Source: a virus. From it: a stretch of 64,000 nt of DNA. The first letter of the stretch is position 1. Every line of letters begins with the position of its first letter. The notes under the pieces were generated by a model, which did no database searches, had not been told where the DNA came from, and worked only from the letters and a program-made list of their open reading frames with translations. Of this stretch, positions 11,236-21,905 are shown in pieces. The stretch lies in IMG/VR virus record IMGVR_UViG_3300042317_000390, positions 104,654 to 168,653 of that record. One strand, given 5' to 3'. The position numbers were made by a program, and so were the translations under genes.

Positions 11236-11687
11236 TGAAGCTATATAAGAAAAGACATAAAGATGATACTGAAACATTCTGGCGCACTTCTGATTGGGAA
11301 ATCATCGGTCAGGATAAGACAGAAGCATGGGCTGAATTTCAGCTTTGGTTGGCGCAAGGTAATACACCAGACCCTGCCGATGACGAAGATGATACTCGTA
11401 TCATTACTTTTATATCTGACCGTCAGTTCTTTCAACAGGCGGCTATTCAGGGTTTCATTTCACAAGAGGATGCTCTACAGGCAGTTAAGACAGGTTTTAT
11501 TCCTGCTCCACTACAGGCTATTGTTGATACAATCACAGACCCCACAGACAAGTTCAATGCAGAAATGCTTTTGTCTGGAGCAACAGAGTTTCAAAGAAAC
11601 CATCCACTAACAAGTGTGATTGGCACAGCATTTGGGATGACAGAAGAAGATATAAATACTTTTTTTAGATCAGCATCAAATTTATAA
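11235..11687 (+). CDS. tail-fibre assembly-like hypothetical protein
   Basis: WLAQGNTPDPAD motif and ISDRQFFQ...FQRNHPL; directly follows the long fibre gene. Confidence 0.55.
   Translation: MKLYKKRHKDDTETFWRTSDWEIIGQDKTEAWAEFQLWLAQGNTPDPADDEDDTRIITFISDRQFFQQAAIQGFISQEDALQAVKTGFIPAPLQAIVDTITDPTDKFNAEMLLSGATEFQRNHPLTSVIGTAFGMTEEDINTFFRSASNL
11651..11658 (+). promoter_or_regulatory. T4-type late promoter
   Basis: TATAAATA about 40 nt upstream of the ATG at 11701. Confidence 0.65.
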
Positions 11688-11700
11688 GAGGCAAACTAAA

Positions 11701-12063
11701 ATGGCAGTAACATATACATGGGAAGTCACCGGTCTAAAGACTACAACAGTCGGTTCTGCTGACGATGTTGTAGTTCAGACATATTGGAAAAAGATTGGCA
11801 ACGATGGTAATGGAAACGAAGGAACTTTCTCTGGAGCCACTCCATTTACTGCCAATACGATGCCAGCAAATACATCCTTTATTCCATTTAATCAGCTAAC
11901 AGAAGCTGATGTTCTTACATGGATTAAGGCAGTAGTTGTTGGTTCATACGAAGAACACGTCAATACACAGATTCAGAAGCAAATTGACGATAAAAAGAAT
12001 CCTGTAGTAGAAGCAAATCTACCATGGGCACCAGCGCCAAATACGGCAACTAGCAATACATAA
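11701..12063 (+). CDS. conserved phage hypothetical protein (tail-associated)
   Basis: FIPFNQLTEADVLTW motif and LPW near the C-terminus. Confidence 0.55.
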   Translation: MAVTYTWEVTGLKTTTVGSADDVVVQTYWKKIGNDGNGNEGTFSGATPFTANTMPANTSFIPFNQLTEADVLTWIKAVVVGSYEEHVNTQIQKQIDDKKNPVVEANLPWAPAPNTATSNT

Positions 12064-12080
12064 TTAGGAGATAGTAAATT

Positions 12081-12260
12081 ATGGATAAGACTGTAAAACT
12101 TGAGTTGACGATTGAACAGCTAAACGTTGTTATGGGTGGCCTTGTTAAGCTACCAATCGAAACAGCAATGGGAACTTTTAATGCCGTTCAGATGCAGGCT
12201 GACGCTCAGCTGAGATCGCCACCACCTGAAGGGCCATTATCGGACAAGGTTATCAACTAA
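12081..12260 (+). CDS. 59-aa hypothetical protein (absent from ORF track)
   Basis: AGGAG SD, MDKTVKLELTIEQLNVVMGGL...KVIN*, followed by a terminator. Confidence 0.65.
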   Translation: MDKTVKLELTIEQLNVVMGGLVKLPIETAMGTFNAVQMQADAQLRSPPPEGPLSDKVIN

Positions 12261-12264
12261 AATT

Positions 12265-12290
12265 AAAGGGACCATTTCGGTCCCTTTTTT
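12265..12290 (+). terminator. rho-independent terminator
   Basis: GGGACC-ATTTC-GGTCCC followed by a T-tract. Confidence 0.8.
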
Positions 12291-12294
12291 ATTA

Positions 12295-12302
12295 TATAAA
12301 TA
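12295..12302 (+). promoter_or_regulatory. T4-type late promoter
   Basis: TATAAATA just after the terminator. Confidence 0.8.
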
Positions 12303-12337
12303 AAGATAAAAACACTAACCAGAGGGGAAAGTGAACC

Positions 12338-13612
12338 ATGGCAGATAAAGATTTTATCGTTAAGAACGGTATAGTAGCCGGGGCAAATAATCTAACATTA
12401 GGAACTGCTTCTTATTTCGCTTCTAACGGTAACGTTGGCTTTGGTGACGCAAATCCTTCCTACAAACTTTCAGTCACAGGCACATTCAACGCATCAGGTA
12501 ATATCACACAGGGTGGAACAAGAGCTGTTCTTAACGATAGTGGTACATGGTCTATTAGCGTTACTGGTAATGCTGGAACCTCTACAAAAGCATCTACTTT
12601 AGCACAGAGCGGTGGTTCTGGTGCAGCTATGACATTTAACTGGTCTGGTCAGTCAGGTCAGCCATCATGGCTTTGGGGTTCAAATGATGGTACAAATATT
12701 TACGTTTATAATCCATCAAACTTTAATGTAAATTCTGCTTCATATTCAACATCGTCCGGCAGTGCTAGTAGTGCTACAAATGCTACAAACCTAACTGGTG
12801 GAACTCTTACCGCATCTTCTGGAACAATTAACGGAAATCTAACTGTAGCAGCTGGTGATTTATATTGCTATCGTTCTGGTGGAGCTTCCGGTGTATTGTT
12901 TTTAAATAGTGCCGGTAATAGATATGTTTATTATGATGGTACTAGTTATTATATGCCAGGAGCTGAACTATATGTTAATGGAACACAAGTTGTTAAAAAC
13001 AGTGGTACGTGGTCTATTAGCGTTACTGGTACATCAGGTGGCGTAGCTTGGACTAATGTATCTGGAAGACCAACAAACCTTTCCTCTTTCACTAACGATC
13101 TTGGTAACTACGGTAGCTGGATTACAGCTTCTGGTACATTAACTGGTCCAGTTAGTAGCGGTTCTTTCTGTTATACGACTCAGGGTCTTGGTGTTGGTAC
13201 TTCTTATAACCAAGGTGCAGGTTATATTAACGCTACACAGAATATTACCGCTTTCTATTCTGACGAAAGATTGAAAGAAAATATTACAGTAATTAAAGAC
13301 GCACTAGCTAAGATTAAACAAATTTCAGGTGTTTTATACAACAGTAACGATCTTGCCGCATCTTTTGGTTACACAGATAAAAGCGAACAGGTTGGTGTTC
13401 TTGCCGGACAAATCAAGAAAGTTCTTCCACAAGTCGTTAAGCCAGCACCATTTGACTTAGCAAACGATAAAGATGGTAATACTATTTCTAAGACCGGTGA
13501 ACATTATATGACAGTTCAATACGAGAAAATCGTTCCTCTGTTAATTGAAGGTATCAAAGAATTAACAGCTAAAGTTGAAGAATTAGAATCTAAACTAACA
13601 GAGGGCAAGTAA
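12338..13612 (+). CDS. tail fibre protein with C-terminal intramolecular chaperone (peptidase S74)
   Basis: YSDERLKENI cleavage motif, GVLAGQI, YEKIVPLLIEGIKEL coiled coil; 31-nt internal repeat 12539-12569/13001-13031 (30/31 identical). Confidence 0.85.
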   Translation: MADKDFIVKNGIVAGANNLTLGTASYFASNGNVGFGDANPSYKLSVTGTFNASGNITQGGTRAVLNDSGTWSISVTGNAGTSTKASTLAQSGGSGAAMTFNWSGQSGQPSWLWGSNDGTNIYVYNPSNFNVNSASYSTSSGSASSATNATNLTGGTLTASSGTINGNLTVAAGDLYCYRSGGASGVLFLNSAGNRYVYYDGTSYYMPGAELYVNGTQVVKNSGTWSISVTGTSGGVAWTNVSGRPTNLSSFTNDLGNYGSWITASGTLTGPVSSGSFCYTTQGLGVGTSYNQGAGYINATQNITAFYSDERLKENITVIKDALAKIKQISGVLYNSNDLAASFGYTDKSEQVGVLAGQIKKVLPQVVKPAPFDLANDKDGNTISKTGEHYMTVQYEKIVPLLIEGIKELTAKVEELESKLTEGK

Positions 13613-13613
13613 T

Positions 13614-14354
13614 ATGTCAGTGCCAACTTCTAGATCTGAATTCGCAGAGTATTGCCTAAGAAAATTAGGTAAACCAGTTATTGAAATTAACGTAGACGAT
13701 GATCAGGTTTCTGATCGTATTGATGAAGCATTACGTTACTACTGGGATTATCACTTTGATGGTTCAGAGAAAACCTATTATAAAAAGATAGTTGACTCCA
13801 CCGATATATCAAACAGATATATCACTATGCCAGATAATATTATTGGCGTTGTTAATATATTCGATCTAGGATCAGCTTTAGGTCTTAATAACCTATTCAA
13901 TATTCGTTATCAGATCGCATTAAACGATCTTTATACCCTAACATCAGTCTCTATGGTTCCATATTATATGGCTATGAGTCATGTTCAATTCCTTGAGCAG
14001 ATGTTAATTGGCAAGCAACCACTAAGATATAACCGTCATATGAATAAGCTTTATATTGATATGTCATGGGATCAGATTTCTCCCGGTAACTATATTATAG
14101 TAGAAGCATATCAAGTTGTTGATCCAGACGTTTATACGAAGGCTTGGGGAGATCGTTGGTTACAGCGTTATGCTTCTTGCCTAATTAAACAACAGTGGGG
14201 TCAAAATCTTAAAAAGTTCGAAGGTATGAAAATGCCAGGTGGACTAACCTTTAACGGTCAAAAGATTTATGACGAAGCTACCACCGAAAGAGCTGATCTT
14301 GAGAGAGAAATGATTTACACATACAGCTTGCCTGCAACCGATATGATAGGTTAG
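13614..14354 (+). CDS. g13: neck protein gp13
   Basis: YCLRKLGKPVIEINVDDDQ, KQQWGQNLKKF..LPGG-like motifs; gene order. Confidence 0.9.
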   Translation: MSVPTSRSEFAEYCLRKLGKPVIEINVDDDQVSDRIDEALRYYWDYHFDGSEKTYYKKIVDSTDISNRYITMPDNIIGVVNIFDLGSALGLNNLFNIRYQIALNDLYTLTSVSMVPYYMAMSHVQFLEQMLIGKQPLRYNRHMNKLYIDMSWDQISPGNYIIVEAYQVVDPDVYTKAWGDRWLQRYASCLIKQQWGQNLKKFEGMKMPGGLTFNGQKIYDEATTERADLEREMIYTYSLPATDMIG

Positions 14355-14364
14355 GACGGACTCG

Positions 14365-14952
14365 ATGGAAGCTTTCGTTTATTGTTGGACGGATAAAAAA
14401 ACAAATATGTTATATGTTGGTTCTCATAAAGGATCAACTGATGATGGATATATTTGTTCCAGCAAGTATATGATGGAAGAGTATAACAAACGTCCTAAAG
14501 ATTTTAGTAGACAGATTATCGCTGAAGGTGATTTGTCTGATATGAGAAAGTTTGAAACTAAAATACTTCAAGCTGTGAACGCCAGACTTGATGAACAGTT
14601 TTATAACATGCACAATAACAATGGTTGTTATATTTTAAAACGTCACACAGAGTCAACAAAAAGAAAAATCAGCGAAAGCGAAAAGGGTAAAGTTGTATCC
14701 CAAAAATCAAGACTTAAAATGAAAAATAGTAAAATTGGTTTCAAAAACAATAGATGGGGAACACCCCATAACGAAGAAACTAAAAGAAAAATGTCGTTAT
14801 CGGCGCAAGGAAGAAAGTTCAAAGAAGAACATAAATATAAACTATCGCAAGCTAAATTAGGGAAAAGTTGGTTCCATAATCCTAACAATAACTCAAGCGG
14901 TTTATATTTTCCAGGAACGGAACCAGAAGGCTGGATTAAAGGAAGAAAATAA
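14365..14952 (+). mobile_element. free-standing GIY-YIG homing endonuclease with NUMOD3 repeats (Seg-like)
   Basis: FVYCWT...LYVGSH, FYN, and HTESTKRKISE / HNEETKRKMS motifs; inserted between g13 and g14. Confidence 0.85.
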
Positions 14953-15680
14953 TGTCAGGCAGTACCAATTTTTTCTTTAATAATTTCCAAGCCAGCCAAG
15001 AACAGTTTCTTTTAGAAAATTTGATTATAGAGTCAATTTCTATTTACGGCCATGACGTTCAATATATACCCAGAAAACTGAACAATTATGACGATGTATA
15101 CGGAGCAGATGACCAATCTTCGTATGATGTTGCATATCCTATAGCAATGTATATTGAGTCCGTAGATGGGTTTACCGGAGATGGTGATTTTTTATCTAAG
15201 TTCGGCGTTGAGATTAGAAATCAAGTTACTTTTTCTGTTGCTCAGAGAATATTTGCTGAAGAGGTAGGAAATAACACAACACAAGTAAGACCCAACGAAG
15301 GAGATTTAATTTATTTTCCTCTTAATGGTAAATGCTTTCAGATCAAATATGTTGAAAAATTCCAGATGTTTTATCCTCTGGGTAAATTGTATACTTGGAA
15401 AATGGTTTGTGAACTATTCGAGTATTCAGGCGAAAGAATGAATACTGGTATACCTGAAATAGATAGTCTTGAGAAGAAACTAAGCACTAATATTCTAGAT
15501 TGGTTAATTGAAACCGAAACGTCTGATGGTATCTTAACAGAAGACGATGAATATCTAGTTCTTGAAAATTCATCTATGTCAGATCTAGTTCCAGCAGCTG
15601 ATAACGATGAGATTCAAAGGGAGTCTGATTTATTCGTTGATTTCTCTTCAATAGATCCATTTAGCGAAGGGAACATTTAA
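14952..15680 (+). CDS. g14: neck protein gp14
   Basis: ESISIYGHDVQYIPR, RPNEGDLIYFP, CELFEYSGE. Confidence 0.9.
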   Translation: MSGSTNFFFNNFQASQEQFLLENLIIESISIYGHDVQYIPRKLNNYDDVYGADDQSSYDVAYPIAMYIESVDGFTGDGDFLSKFGVEIRNQVTFSVAQRIFAEEVGNNTTQVRPNEGDLIYFPLNGKCFQIKYVEKFQMFYPLGKLYTWKMVCELFEYSGERMNTGIPEIDSLEKKLSTNILDWLIETETSDGILTEDDEYLVLENSSMSDLVPAADNDEIQRESDLFVDFSSIDPFSEGNI

Positions 15681-16540
15681 TGTTTAATCAAACATTCTAT
15701 TTCAGTCTTATTCGTAAATATGTTATTCTTATGGGAACGCTACTGAATAATATCCGTATCACTAGAACGGATAAAGATGGCAATGTTACATCGTTATTAA
15801 GAGTTCCTGTAACGTATGCGGCTAAAGATAAGATGCTTGCTCGTGTTATGCAAGATCCTGGAATTGATAGACCATCAGCGACAACACCACTTCCTATGAT
15901 CTCATTCGAAATGGGAAAGATGTCATATGATGGTTCTAGAAAGTTAAACACAGTCGGTAAAAGTTCATATAGAAGCGATACCGATGCTAGTAAATTTAAA
16001 TACCAATATAATCCAGTCCCATATAATATAAATTTCAAGGCGTTCGTTTACGCTAAGAATGTTGAGGATGGAACTAAGATCATAGAACAAATTCTACCTT
16101 ATTTCACTCCAGACTGGACTACAACCGTAAATCTAATTCCAGAAGTTGAAGTTAAGATTGACATCCCAATCGTTCTAAATAATATTGGTTATAGTGATAA
16201 CTATGACGGTGAATTTAAGGATAGAAGGGCTATTATTTGGGAATTAGATTTCACACTGAAAGGATACATCTATGGTCCAGTTAAGTCTTCTGGTATTATT
16301 AAGTTTGTTAAAACTAACTTCTACATTCCAGCAACAAACACAGCCGTTGAAGGTAGAGGTATCACGCCGATTGCAGAGAGAGTCACGGTACAACCAGGAT
16401 TAGACGCTAACGGTAATCCAATAAATTACTATGGCGCTCCTAATACGAGTATAGATACTTTACCATATGTAGAAATAGACGCTGAAGATGATTATGGCTT
16501 TATTACTATGATATATGAAGAAGATGAGGTAAATGACTGA
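15680..16540 (+). CDS. g15: tail terminator / sheath stabiliser gp15
   Basis: VPVTYAAKDK, PVPYNI, EQILPYFTP. Confidence 0.9.
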   Translation: MFNQTFYFSLIRKYVILMGTLLNNIRITRTDKDGNVTSLLRVPVTYAAKDKMLARVMQDPGIDRPSATTPLPMISFEMGKMSYDGSRKLNTVGKSSYRSDTDASKFKYQYNPVPYNINFKAFVYAKNVEDGTKIIEQILPYFTPDWTTTVNLIPEVEVKIDIPIVLNNIGYSDNYDGEFKDRRAIIWELDFTLKGYIYGPVKSSGIIKFVKTNFYIPATNTAVEGRGITPIAERVTVQPGLDANGNPINYYGAPNTSIDTLPYVEIDAEDDYGFITMIYEEDEVND

Positions 16541-16952
16541 AAAAGATAATGACCCTATGGGTAAAGCTCTAGGGCTACCTGCTCTAGAGTTTGAAAAAAC
16601 TATAGATAACATGTTAGCGAAAGCTCATGACGATAGTGCTAGAAACGATTTCGAGGCAGCTAGATCCAATTTGTATGAAGTAATACAAAGTGGTAAAGAG
16701 GCCATGGATAAGTTAGGTCAAATAGCTGCATCTTCCCAACATCCACGAGCGTTTGAAGTTCTATCTAAAATGATGGAAACTATGATTCAAGCTAACAAAG
16801 ATCTGTTGGAACTTCAAACTAAAATAAGAGAAATAGATGTAGCTGATGCACCAACCAATGAAAAGGCTAAGACTATTAACAATAATCTTTTCGTTGGCTC
16901 AACTGCTGAATTACAAAAAATGATCAAGGATATGAATACTAAGAATGACTAA
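16533..16952 (+). CDS. g16: terminase small subunit gp16
   Basis: HPRAFEV and NNNLFVGSTAELQK motifs. Confidence 0.9.
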   Translation: MTEKDNDPMGKALGLPALEFEKTIDNMLAKAHDDSARNDFEAARSNLYEVIQSGKEAMDKLGQIAASSQHPRAFEVLSKMMETMIQANKDLLELQTKIREIDVADAPTNEKAKTINNNLFVGSTAELQKMIKDMNTKND

Positions 16953-18591
16953 TAGCGATGCTGGTTATAAGGGTAATGTTAATCTAAAGAGATCAAATCA
17001 AAATATAGAATGGACTCCTGATCTCGTTCAAGAATACGTCAAGTGTTCTCAAGACCCCGTATACTTCACAGAAACCTATATGAAAATCATCAACGTCGAT
17101 GAAGGTCTAACGAGCTTCAAGTTGTATGATTACCAGAAGAATATGGTTAAATCCTTCAAGGACAATCGTTATAGTATTGTAACTACCGCTCGACAGGCTG
17201 GTAAATCTACCACGACTTGTGCTTTTATTCTTTGGTATATTATTTTCAATCCAGATAAAGTTGTTGCTCTACTAGCCAACAAGGGTGATACGGCCAGAGA
17301 AATTCTAGGTCGTGTTCAGCTTGCATATCAGCATCTGCCTAAATGGTTACAACAGGGCGTTGTTGAATGGAACAAAGGATCGTTCGTTCTCGAAAATAAC
17401 AGCCGTGTTATCGCTGCTGCTACTTCTGCCAGCGCCATCCGTGGTTTCTCTATTAACCTACTATTCATCGATGAGGCAGCGTTTATTGAAAACTGGGATG
17501 AATTCTTTACATCAGTTTATCCTACAATTTCATCAGGCACAGAATCAAAGATTATTCTAGTTTCTACCCCGAATGGGTTGAATCACTTCTATGCCACTTG
17601 GATTAACGCTATTGAAAATAAGAATGGTTACAGCCCTATTCTAGTTAACTGGAAAGAGGTTCCAGGCAGAGACGAAGAATGGAGGAAAAGTACCATTGCA
17701 GGTATGAACTTCGATGTTGAGAAGTTCGATCAGGAATATAACTGTGAGTTTCTAGGATCTTCTGGTACACTGATTGCTGGTTGGAAACTCAAAGAATTAG
17801 TTCACCAAGCACCAATGGTCGAACGTGATGGCATGATTCAATATATTAAGCCAGAAGAAGGTCATGTGTATATTATGGTATGTGACGTTTCTCGTGGTAA
17901 GGGTCTGGACTATTCGGCATTTCAGTTATTAGATGTGACCAAGATGCCATACAATCAAGTTTGTGTATTCAGAAATAATGCTGTTGCACCGGTAGATTAT
18001 GCTGATATTATTCACAGAACAGCTAAAGCATATAACAATGCATCAGTTCTTGTTGAAGTGAATGATATTGGTGAGCAGGTAGCTCACACTCTACAATATG
18101 ATTTTTCTTATGAAAACGTTCTATTCACAGAGAACGCAGGTAGATCAGGTAAAAGAATTACAGGTGGTTTTGCATCAGGCGGTAAGATCGACAAGGGTAT
18201 TAGAACCACAAAGATTGTGAAGTCTGTTGGTTGTTCAATTTTGAAACTTCTTGTTGAACAGAACCAACTAGTGTTAAACGACTTCCACACAATAAATGAG
18301 CTTTCGACGTTTTCTAAGAAGGGAACTTCTTATGAGGCTGAACCAGGCAAGCACGACGATATGGTAATGTGTCTCGTTTTGTTTGCTTGGCTTTCAGACC
18401 AGCAATACTTCAAAGACTACACTGACATTAATACTTTGATGTCTCTAAGGGAAAAAACAGAGGAAGATATGGAGCAGGACATGGCTCCTTTCGGATTCGT
18501 GGATAATGGAAGAGACGATGAATTTGTAGAAGAAGACTATGAAAAGTATGTAGCTGACAGCTGGATTTGGAGCAATCCTCAAGATTTCTAA
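16945..18591 (+). CDS. g17: terminase large subunit gp17
   Basis: ARQAGKST Walker A, LLFIDEAAF Walker B, STPNG, DVSRG, HDDMVM. Confidence 0.95.
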   Translation: MTNSDAGYKGNVNLKRSNQNIEWTPDLVQEYVKCSQDPVYFTETYMKIINVDEGLTSFKLYDYQKNMVKSFKDNRYSIVTTARQAGKSTTTCAFILWYIIFNPDKVVALLANKGDTAREILGRVQLAYQHLPKWLQQGVVEWNKGSFVLENNSRVIAAATSASAIRGFSINLLFIDEAAFIENWDEFFTSVYPTISSGTESKIILVSTPNGLNHFYATWINAIENKNGYSPILVNWKEVPGRDEEWRKSTIAGMNFDVEKFDQEYNCEFLGSSGTLIAGWKLKELVHQAPMVERDGMIQYIKPEEGHVYIMVCDVSRGKGLDYSAFQLLDVTKMPYNQVCVFRNNAVAPVDYADIIHRTAKAYNNASVLVEVNDIGEQVAHTLQYDFSYENVLFTENAGRSGKRITGGFASGGKIDKGIRTTKIVKSVGCSILKLLVEQNQLVLNDFHTINELSTFSKKGTSYEAEPGKHDDMVMCLVLFAWLSDQQYFKDYTDINTLMSLREKTEEDMEQDMAPFGFVDNGRDDEFVEEDYEKYVADSWIWSNPQDF

Positions 18592-18603
18592 GAAAGCCTA
18601 TTT

Positions 18604-18611
18604 TATAAATA
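18604..18611 (+). promoter_or_regulatory. late promoter for g18
   Basis: TATAAATA. Confidence 0.85.
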
Positions 18612-18659
18612 TAAAAAATGTTTAAAACATAAGTTCTCGCATAAAGGGAGATAATAAAA

Positions 18660-21197
18660 ATGGCTTTTCAACTATCACCAGGGGTTAATGTATCAGAAAT
18701 CGATCTAACAACGGTCGTTCCTGCTGTAGCCACTTCAGACGGTGCCTTTGCTGGCGTATTCCGTTGGGGTCCAGTAGGAGAGAGAGTTCTCGTTGATTCT
18801 GAGAATACTCTAGTTTCAAGATTTGCTAAACCTTCAAATTTTAATGCTGAAACGTTCTTCACGGCAGCTAACTTCTTATCATATTCAAACCGTCTATATA
18901 TTTCACGTGCTGCTGACACAACTGGTGCAACTCCAGTAGCTTCAGGCAACACTTCTGGCGCCAACAGCATCATCCAGATTGGTGATACTTCAGCCATTTC
19001 TGTTGGCATGTATCTAGTTACAGTTAGCAACACTGCAGCTATGAATCTTGTTTCAACGGTTTCTGTTCTAACAAAGAATTCAACTCACGTTACTCTTTCA
19101 CAGAACACCACTGCTACATCAGCAAACGTAAGCTATTATTTTGCTCGTCCAGAAACAGCATATACCGCAGTTGGCTTCGATCCATCAAGCGCCTCCGCTT
19201 ATGTTGCAAATCTAGTTAATCAGATCGTAAAGAACGAAAACGACTATACTGCAAAGGATGGTAATTTCGATTCTGACCTCATGTATGTTGCAAAGTATCC
19301 AGGTGATCTTGGTAACTCACTAAGAATCGGTGTTTGCGATACAGCTAATAGCTATTCTTCAAACCTAGCAGCCACTGGCACAAAGGTTGAATTTAGAGTT
19401 GGTGCTAATTCTGCAACAGTTAAGTTCGTAGGTACAACCAACGCTGCAGCCGCTACTCTTGCTTCAGGTATTACTGTAGGCGATCAGATCCTAGCTGGTA
19501 ACAGCACGATTGGTCTTCAGTATCTACAGGTAATAAGCGTAGAAGTTGGTTCAAATAGCTCATTCGTTAACACAGCCAGTCTAACGTTCGATGGTAATAC
19601 AGCCATTAACAGCAACCTAAACTTCATCACACTTACAGGTAATCCATATACCAACGGTGACGTTATCGTTTATGCCAATACAACAGCACCAGCCGTTTCT
19701 GGTCTAGTTGGTGGTACAAACTATCACGTAGTTCAGGCTAACTCAATTGGCTTCAAACTAGCCACTACTGCATTCGGTGACGAACTAGATATTGCTGCAA
19801 CCCCAGGTTCACTTGGTTCTTTCGCAGCTAATACTAACGTCCTAAGAATTAACTTTGAAGATCCATTCAGACTTCGTACCAATTATACATCAGATACAGT
19901 TGATCGTAATTGGGAGTTCTTCAACGTTGTTGATTCTGCTCCAGGTCAGTCTGATTACGTTCTCTATAACGGTAATACAGCTGCTCAGGACGAAGTACAC
20001 GTAGTAGTCGTTGATAACGATGGTGGTTTCAGTGGTACACCAGGCACCATTCTTGAAGTCTATAAGGGTCTTTCAAGAGCTACAGACGCTAAGAACAACG
20101 ATGGTACAGGCAATTACTATAAAGACGTTATCAATCAGTCATCAAAGTATGTCTGGTGGGCTAACGACCGTAGCGTTGCTCCATCTGCAACTGCTCTAAA
20201 TGTTGCTTCTTCAACCGCTACAGCACCAGCTGATATCAATCTAGTATATGGTACAGACGGTCTAAGCGAAAACGATGCAACTCTAGCAGTTCTAGGTTCT
20301 GCTTACGATCTATTCACATCAGCAGAAGATATTGATATTTCTCTAGTTCTACAGGGTAAGCCAATCGGTGGAACCACAGTAGTTAACGGAACAACAGTAT
20401 CTAACTTCATGCTAGCAAACTATATCATTGATAATATCTGCGAAACAAGAAGAGATTGTATTGCTCTACTATCACCAGATAAGTCAACTGTTATCAATAA
20501 CTCTGGTGCAGAAGCTCTAACCGTTAAGGCTTGGAGAGGCGCTGTCCATAGTTCATCCTATGCAGTTCTTGACTCTGGTTATAAGTATCAGTATGATAAG
20601 TATAACGATCTTTACCGTTGGGTTCCACTAAACGGCGATATTGCCGGTCTATGTGTTAGAACAGATAGCACAAACGACGCTTGGTGGTCACCAGCTGGTT
20701 TCAACCGTGGTCAGATCAAGAATCTCGTTAAGCTTGCTTGGAATCCACGCAAGTCTGAAAGAGACGTTCTATTCAGCAACGGTATTAACCCAGTTGTAAC
20801 ATTCCCAGGTCAGGGAACGGTTCTTTATGGCGATAAGACTCTACAGGCAAAACCATCTGCATTCGATCATATCAATGTTCGCAGATTGTTCATTGTCCTA
20901 GAGAAAGCTATCTCCACAGCTGCTAAGTATCAGTTATTCGACTTCAACGATGCTTTCACAAGAGCACAGTTCAGAAATCTAGTAACTCCATATCTACGCA
21001 CGATCAAGGGTCGTCGTGGTATCACAGACTTCTATGTTGTCTGCGATGATACTAATAATACACCTGCGATTGTTGATAGCAATCAGTTCGTCGGTGATAT
21101 CTATATTAAACCTTCGAGAAGTATTAACTTCATCCAGCTAAACTTCATTGCTGTACCCACCGGTGTACAATTCTCTGAAGTAGTTGGTAAGTTCTAA
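18660..21197 (+). CDS. g18: tail sheath protein gp18
   Basis: LSPGVNVSEIDLT, WWSPAGFNRG, INVRRLF, IYIKPSRSINFIQLNF. Confidence 0.95.
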   Translation: MAFQLSPGVNVSEIDLTTVVPAVATSDGAFAGVFRWGPVGERVLVDSENTLVSRFAKPSNFNAETFFTAANFLSYSNRLYISRAADTTGATPVASGNTSGANSIIQIGDTSAISVGMYLVTVSNTAAMNLVSTVSVLTKNSTHVTLSQNTTATSANVSYYFARPETAYTAVGFDPSSASAYVANLVNQIVKNENDYTAKDGNFDSDLMYVAKYPGDLGNSLRIGVCDTANSYSSNLAATGTKVEFRVGANSATVKFVGTTNAAAATLASGITVGDQILAGNSTIGLQYLQVISVEVGSNSSFVNTASLTFDGNTAINSNLNFITLTGNPYTNGDVIVYANTTAPAVSGLVGGTNYHVVQANSIGFKLATTAFGDELDIAATPGSLGSFAANTNVLRINFEDPFRLRTNYTSDTVDRNWEFFNVVDSAPGQSDYVLYNGNTAAQDEVHVVVVDNDGGFSGTPGTILEVYKGLSRATDAKNNDGTGNYYKDVINQSSKYVWWANDRSVAPSATALNVASSTATAPADINLVYGTDGLSENDATLAVLGSAYDLFTSAEDIDISLVLQGKPIGGTTVVNGTTVSNFMLANYIIDNICETRRDCIALLSPDKSTVINNSGAEALTVKAWRGAVHSSSYAVLDSGYKYQYDKYNDLYRWVPLNGDIAGLCVRTDSTNDAWWSPAGFNRGQIKNLVKLAWNPRKSERDVLFSNGINPVVTFPGQGTVLYGDKTLQAKPSAFDHINVRRLFIVLEKAISTAAKYQLFDFNDAFTRAQFRNLVTPYLRTIKGRRGITDFYVVCDDTNNTPAIVDSNQFVGDIYIKPSRSINFIQLNFIAVPTGVQFSEVVGKF

Positions 21198-21232
21198 TAA
21201 ATAAGAATAAAAACTCAAAAGGAGTAATATAG

Positions 21233-21844
21233 ATGCCCTTTAATATTAATAGTTTCAAAGCAAATGGTCTGACATATGGAGGTGCCAGACCATCCCTATT
21301 CCAAGTAGTCGTAACTCCTCCACCAGCGATTCCTGTTAACCCAATCGCTCTTAGCAAGTTTGTATTTACTTGTAAGGCAGCTGAGTTACCAGAATCAACG
21401 ATTTCTAATATCGAAGTTCCATATTTCGGTAGAAAGATCAAGGTTGCTGGTGAAAGAAGCTACGCTGATTGGTCAATCACAGTAATGAACGATGAGGACT
21501 TCTCAGTTCGTTCAATGTTCGAAGCTTGGATGAACGGTATTAACACTGTTCAGTCAAACATTCGTCTACCAGAAGCATCAGCTGAAGGCTATAAGGCTCT
21601 CGCAGTTGACGTTACGCAGTTTGGTAAAGACGGTGCTATTCTTCGTACATGTCAGTTAGTTGGTGCATTCCCAACTCAGGTTAGCGGTATTTCACTAGGT
21701 TGGGATACAGCTAATGCAGTTGAAGAGTTCACAGTTAACTTCTCATACGATTATTGGCTACCAATCATTGAAGACGCTTCACTCCAGACAGCTGGTAAGG
21801 TTACACCATACCTTGGCGAAACTGAAGTTGGCCCAGTATTCTAA
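21233..21844 (+). CDS. g19: tail tube protein gp19
   Basis: GGARPSLF, VPYFGRKIKVAGER, EEFTVNFSYDYW. Confidence 0.95.
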   Translation: MPFNINSFKANGLTYGGARPSLFQVVVTPPPAIPVNPIALSKFVFTCKAAELPESTISNIEVPYFGRKIKVAGERSYADWSITVMNDEDFSVRSMFEAWMNGINTVQSNIRLPEASAEGYKALAVDVTQFGKDGAILRTCQLVGAFPTQVSGISLGWDTANAVEEFTVNFSYDYWLPIIEDASLQTAGKVTPYLGETEVGPVF

Positions 21845-21905
21845 TACTAAGTATTATATAATTGTGGGGGGAGAGTTTTTCTCCCTCCAATATTTGGAGA
21901 TTTAA

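Noticed and set aside
137-13612. Diversity-generating retroelement or invertase shufflon acting on fibre genes
   Set aside because: No reverse transcriptase or recombinase in the window; repeat differences are mostly synonymous and not adenine-specific; all copies are direct and coding.
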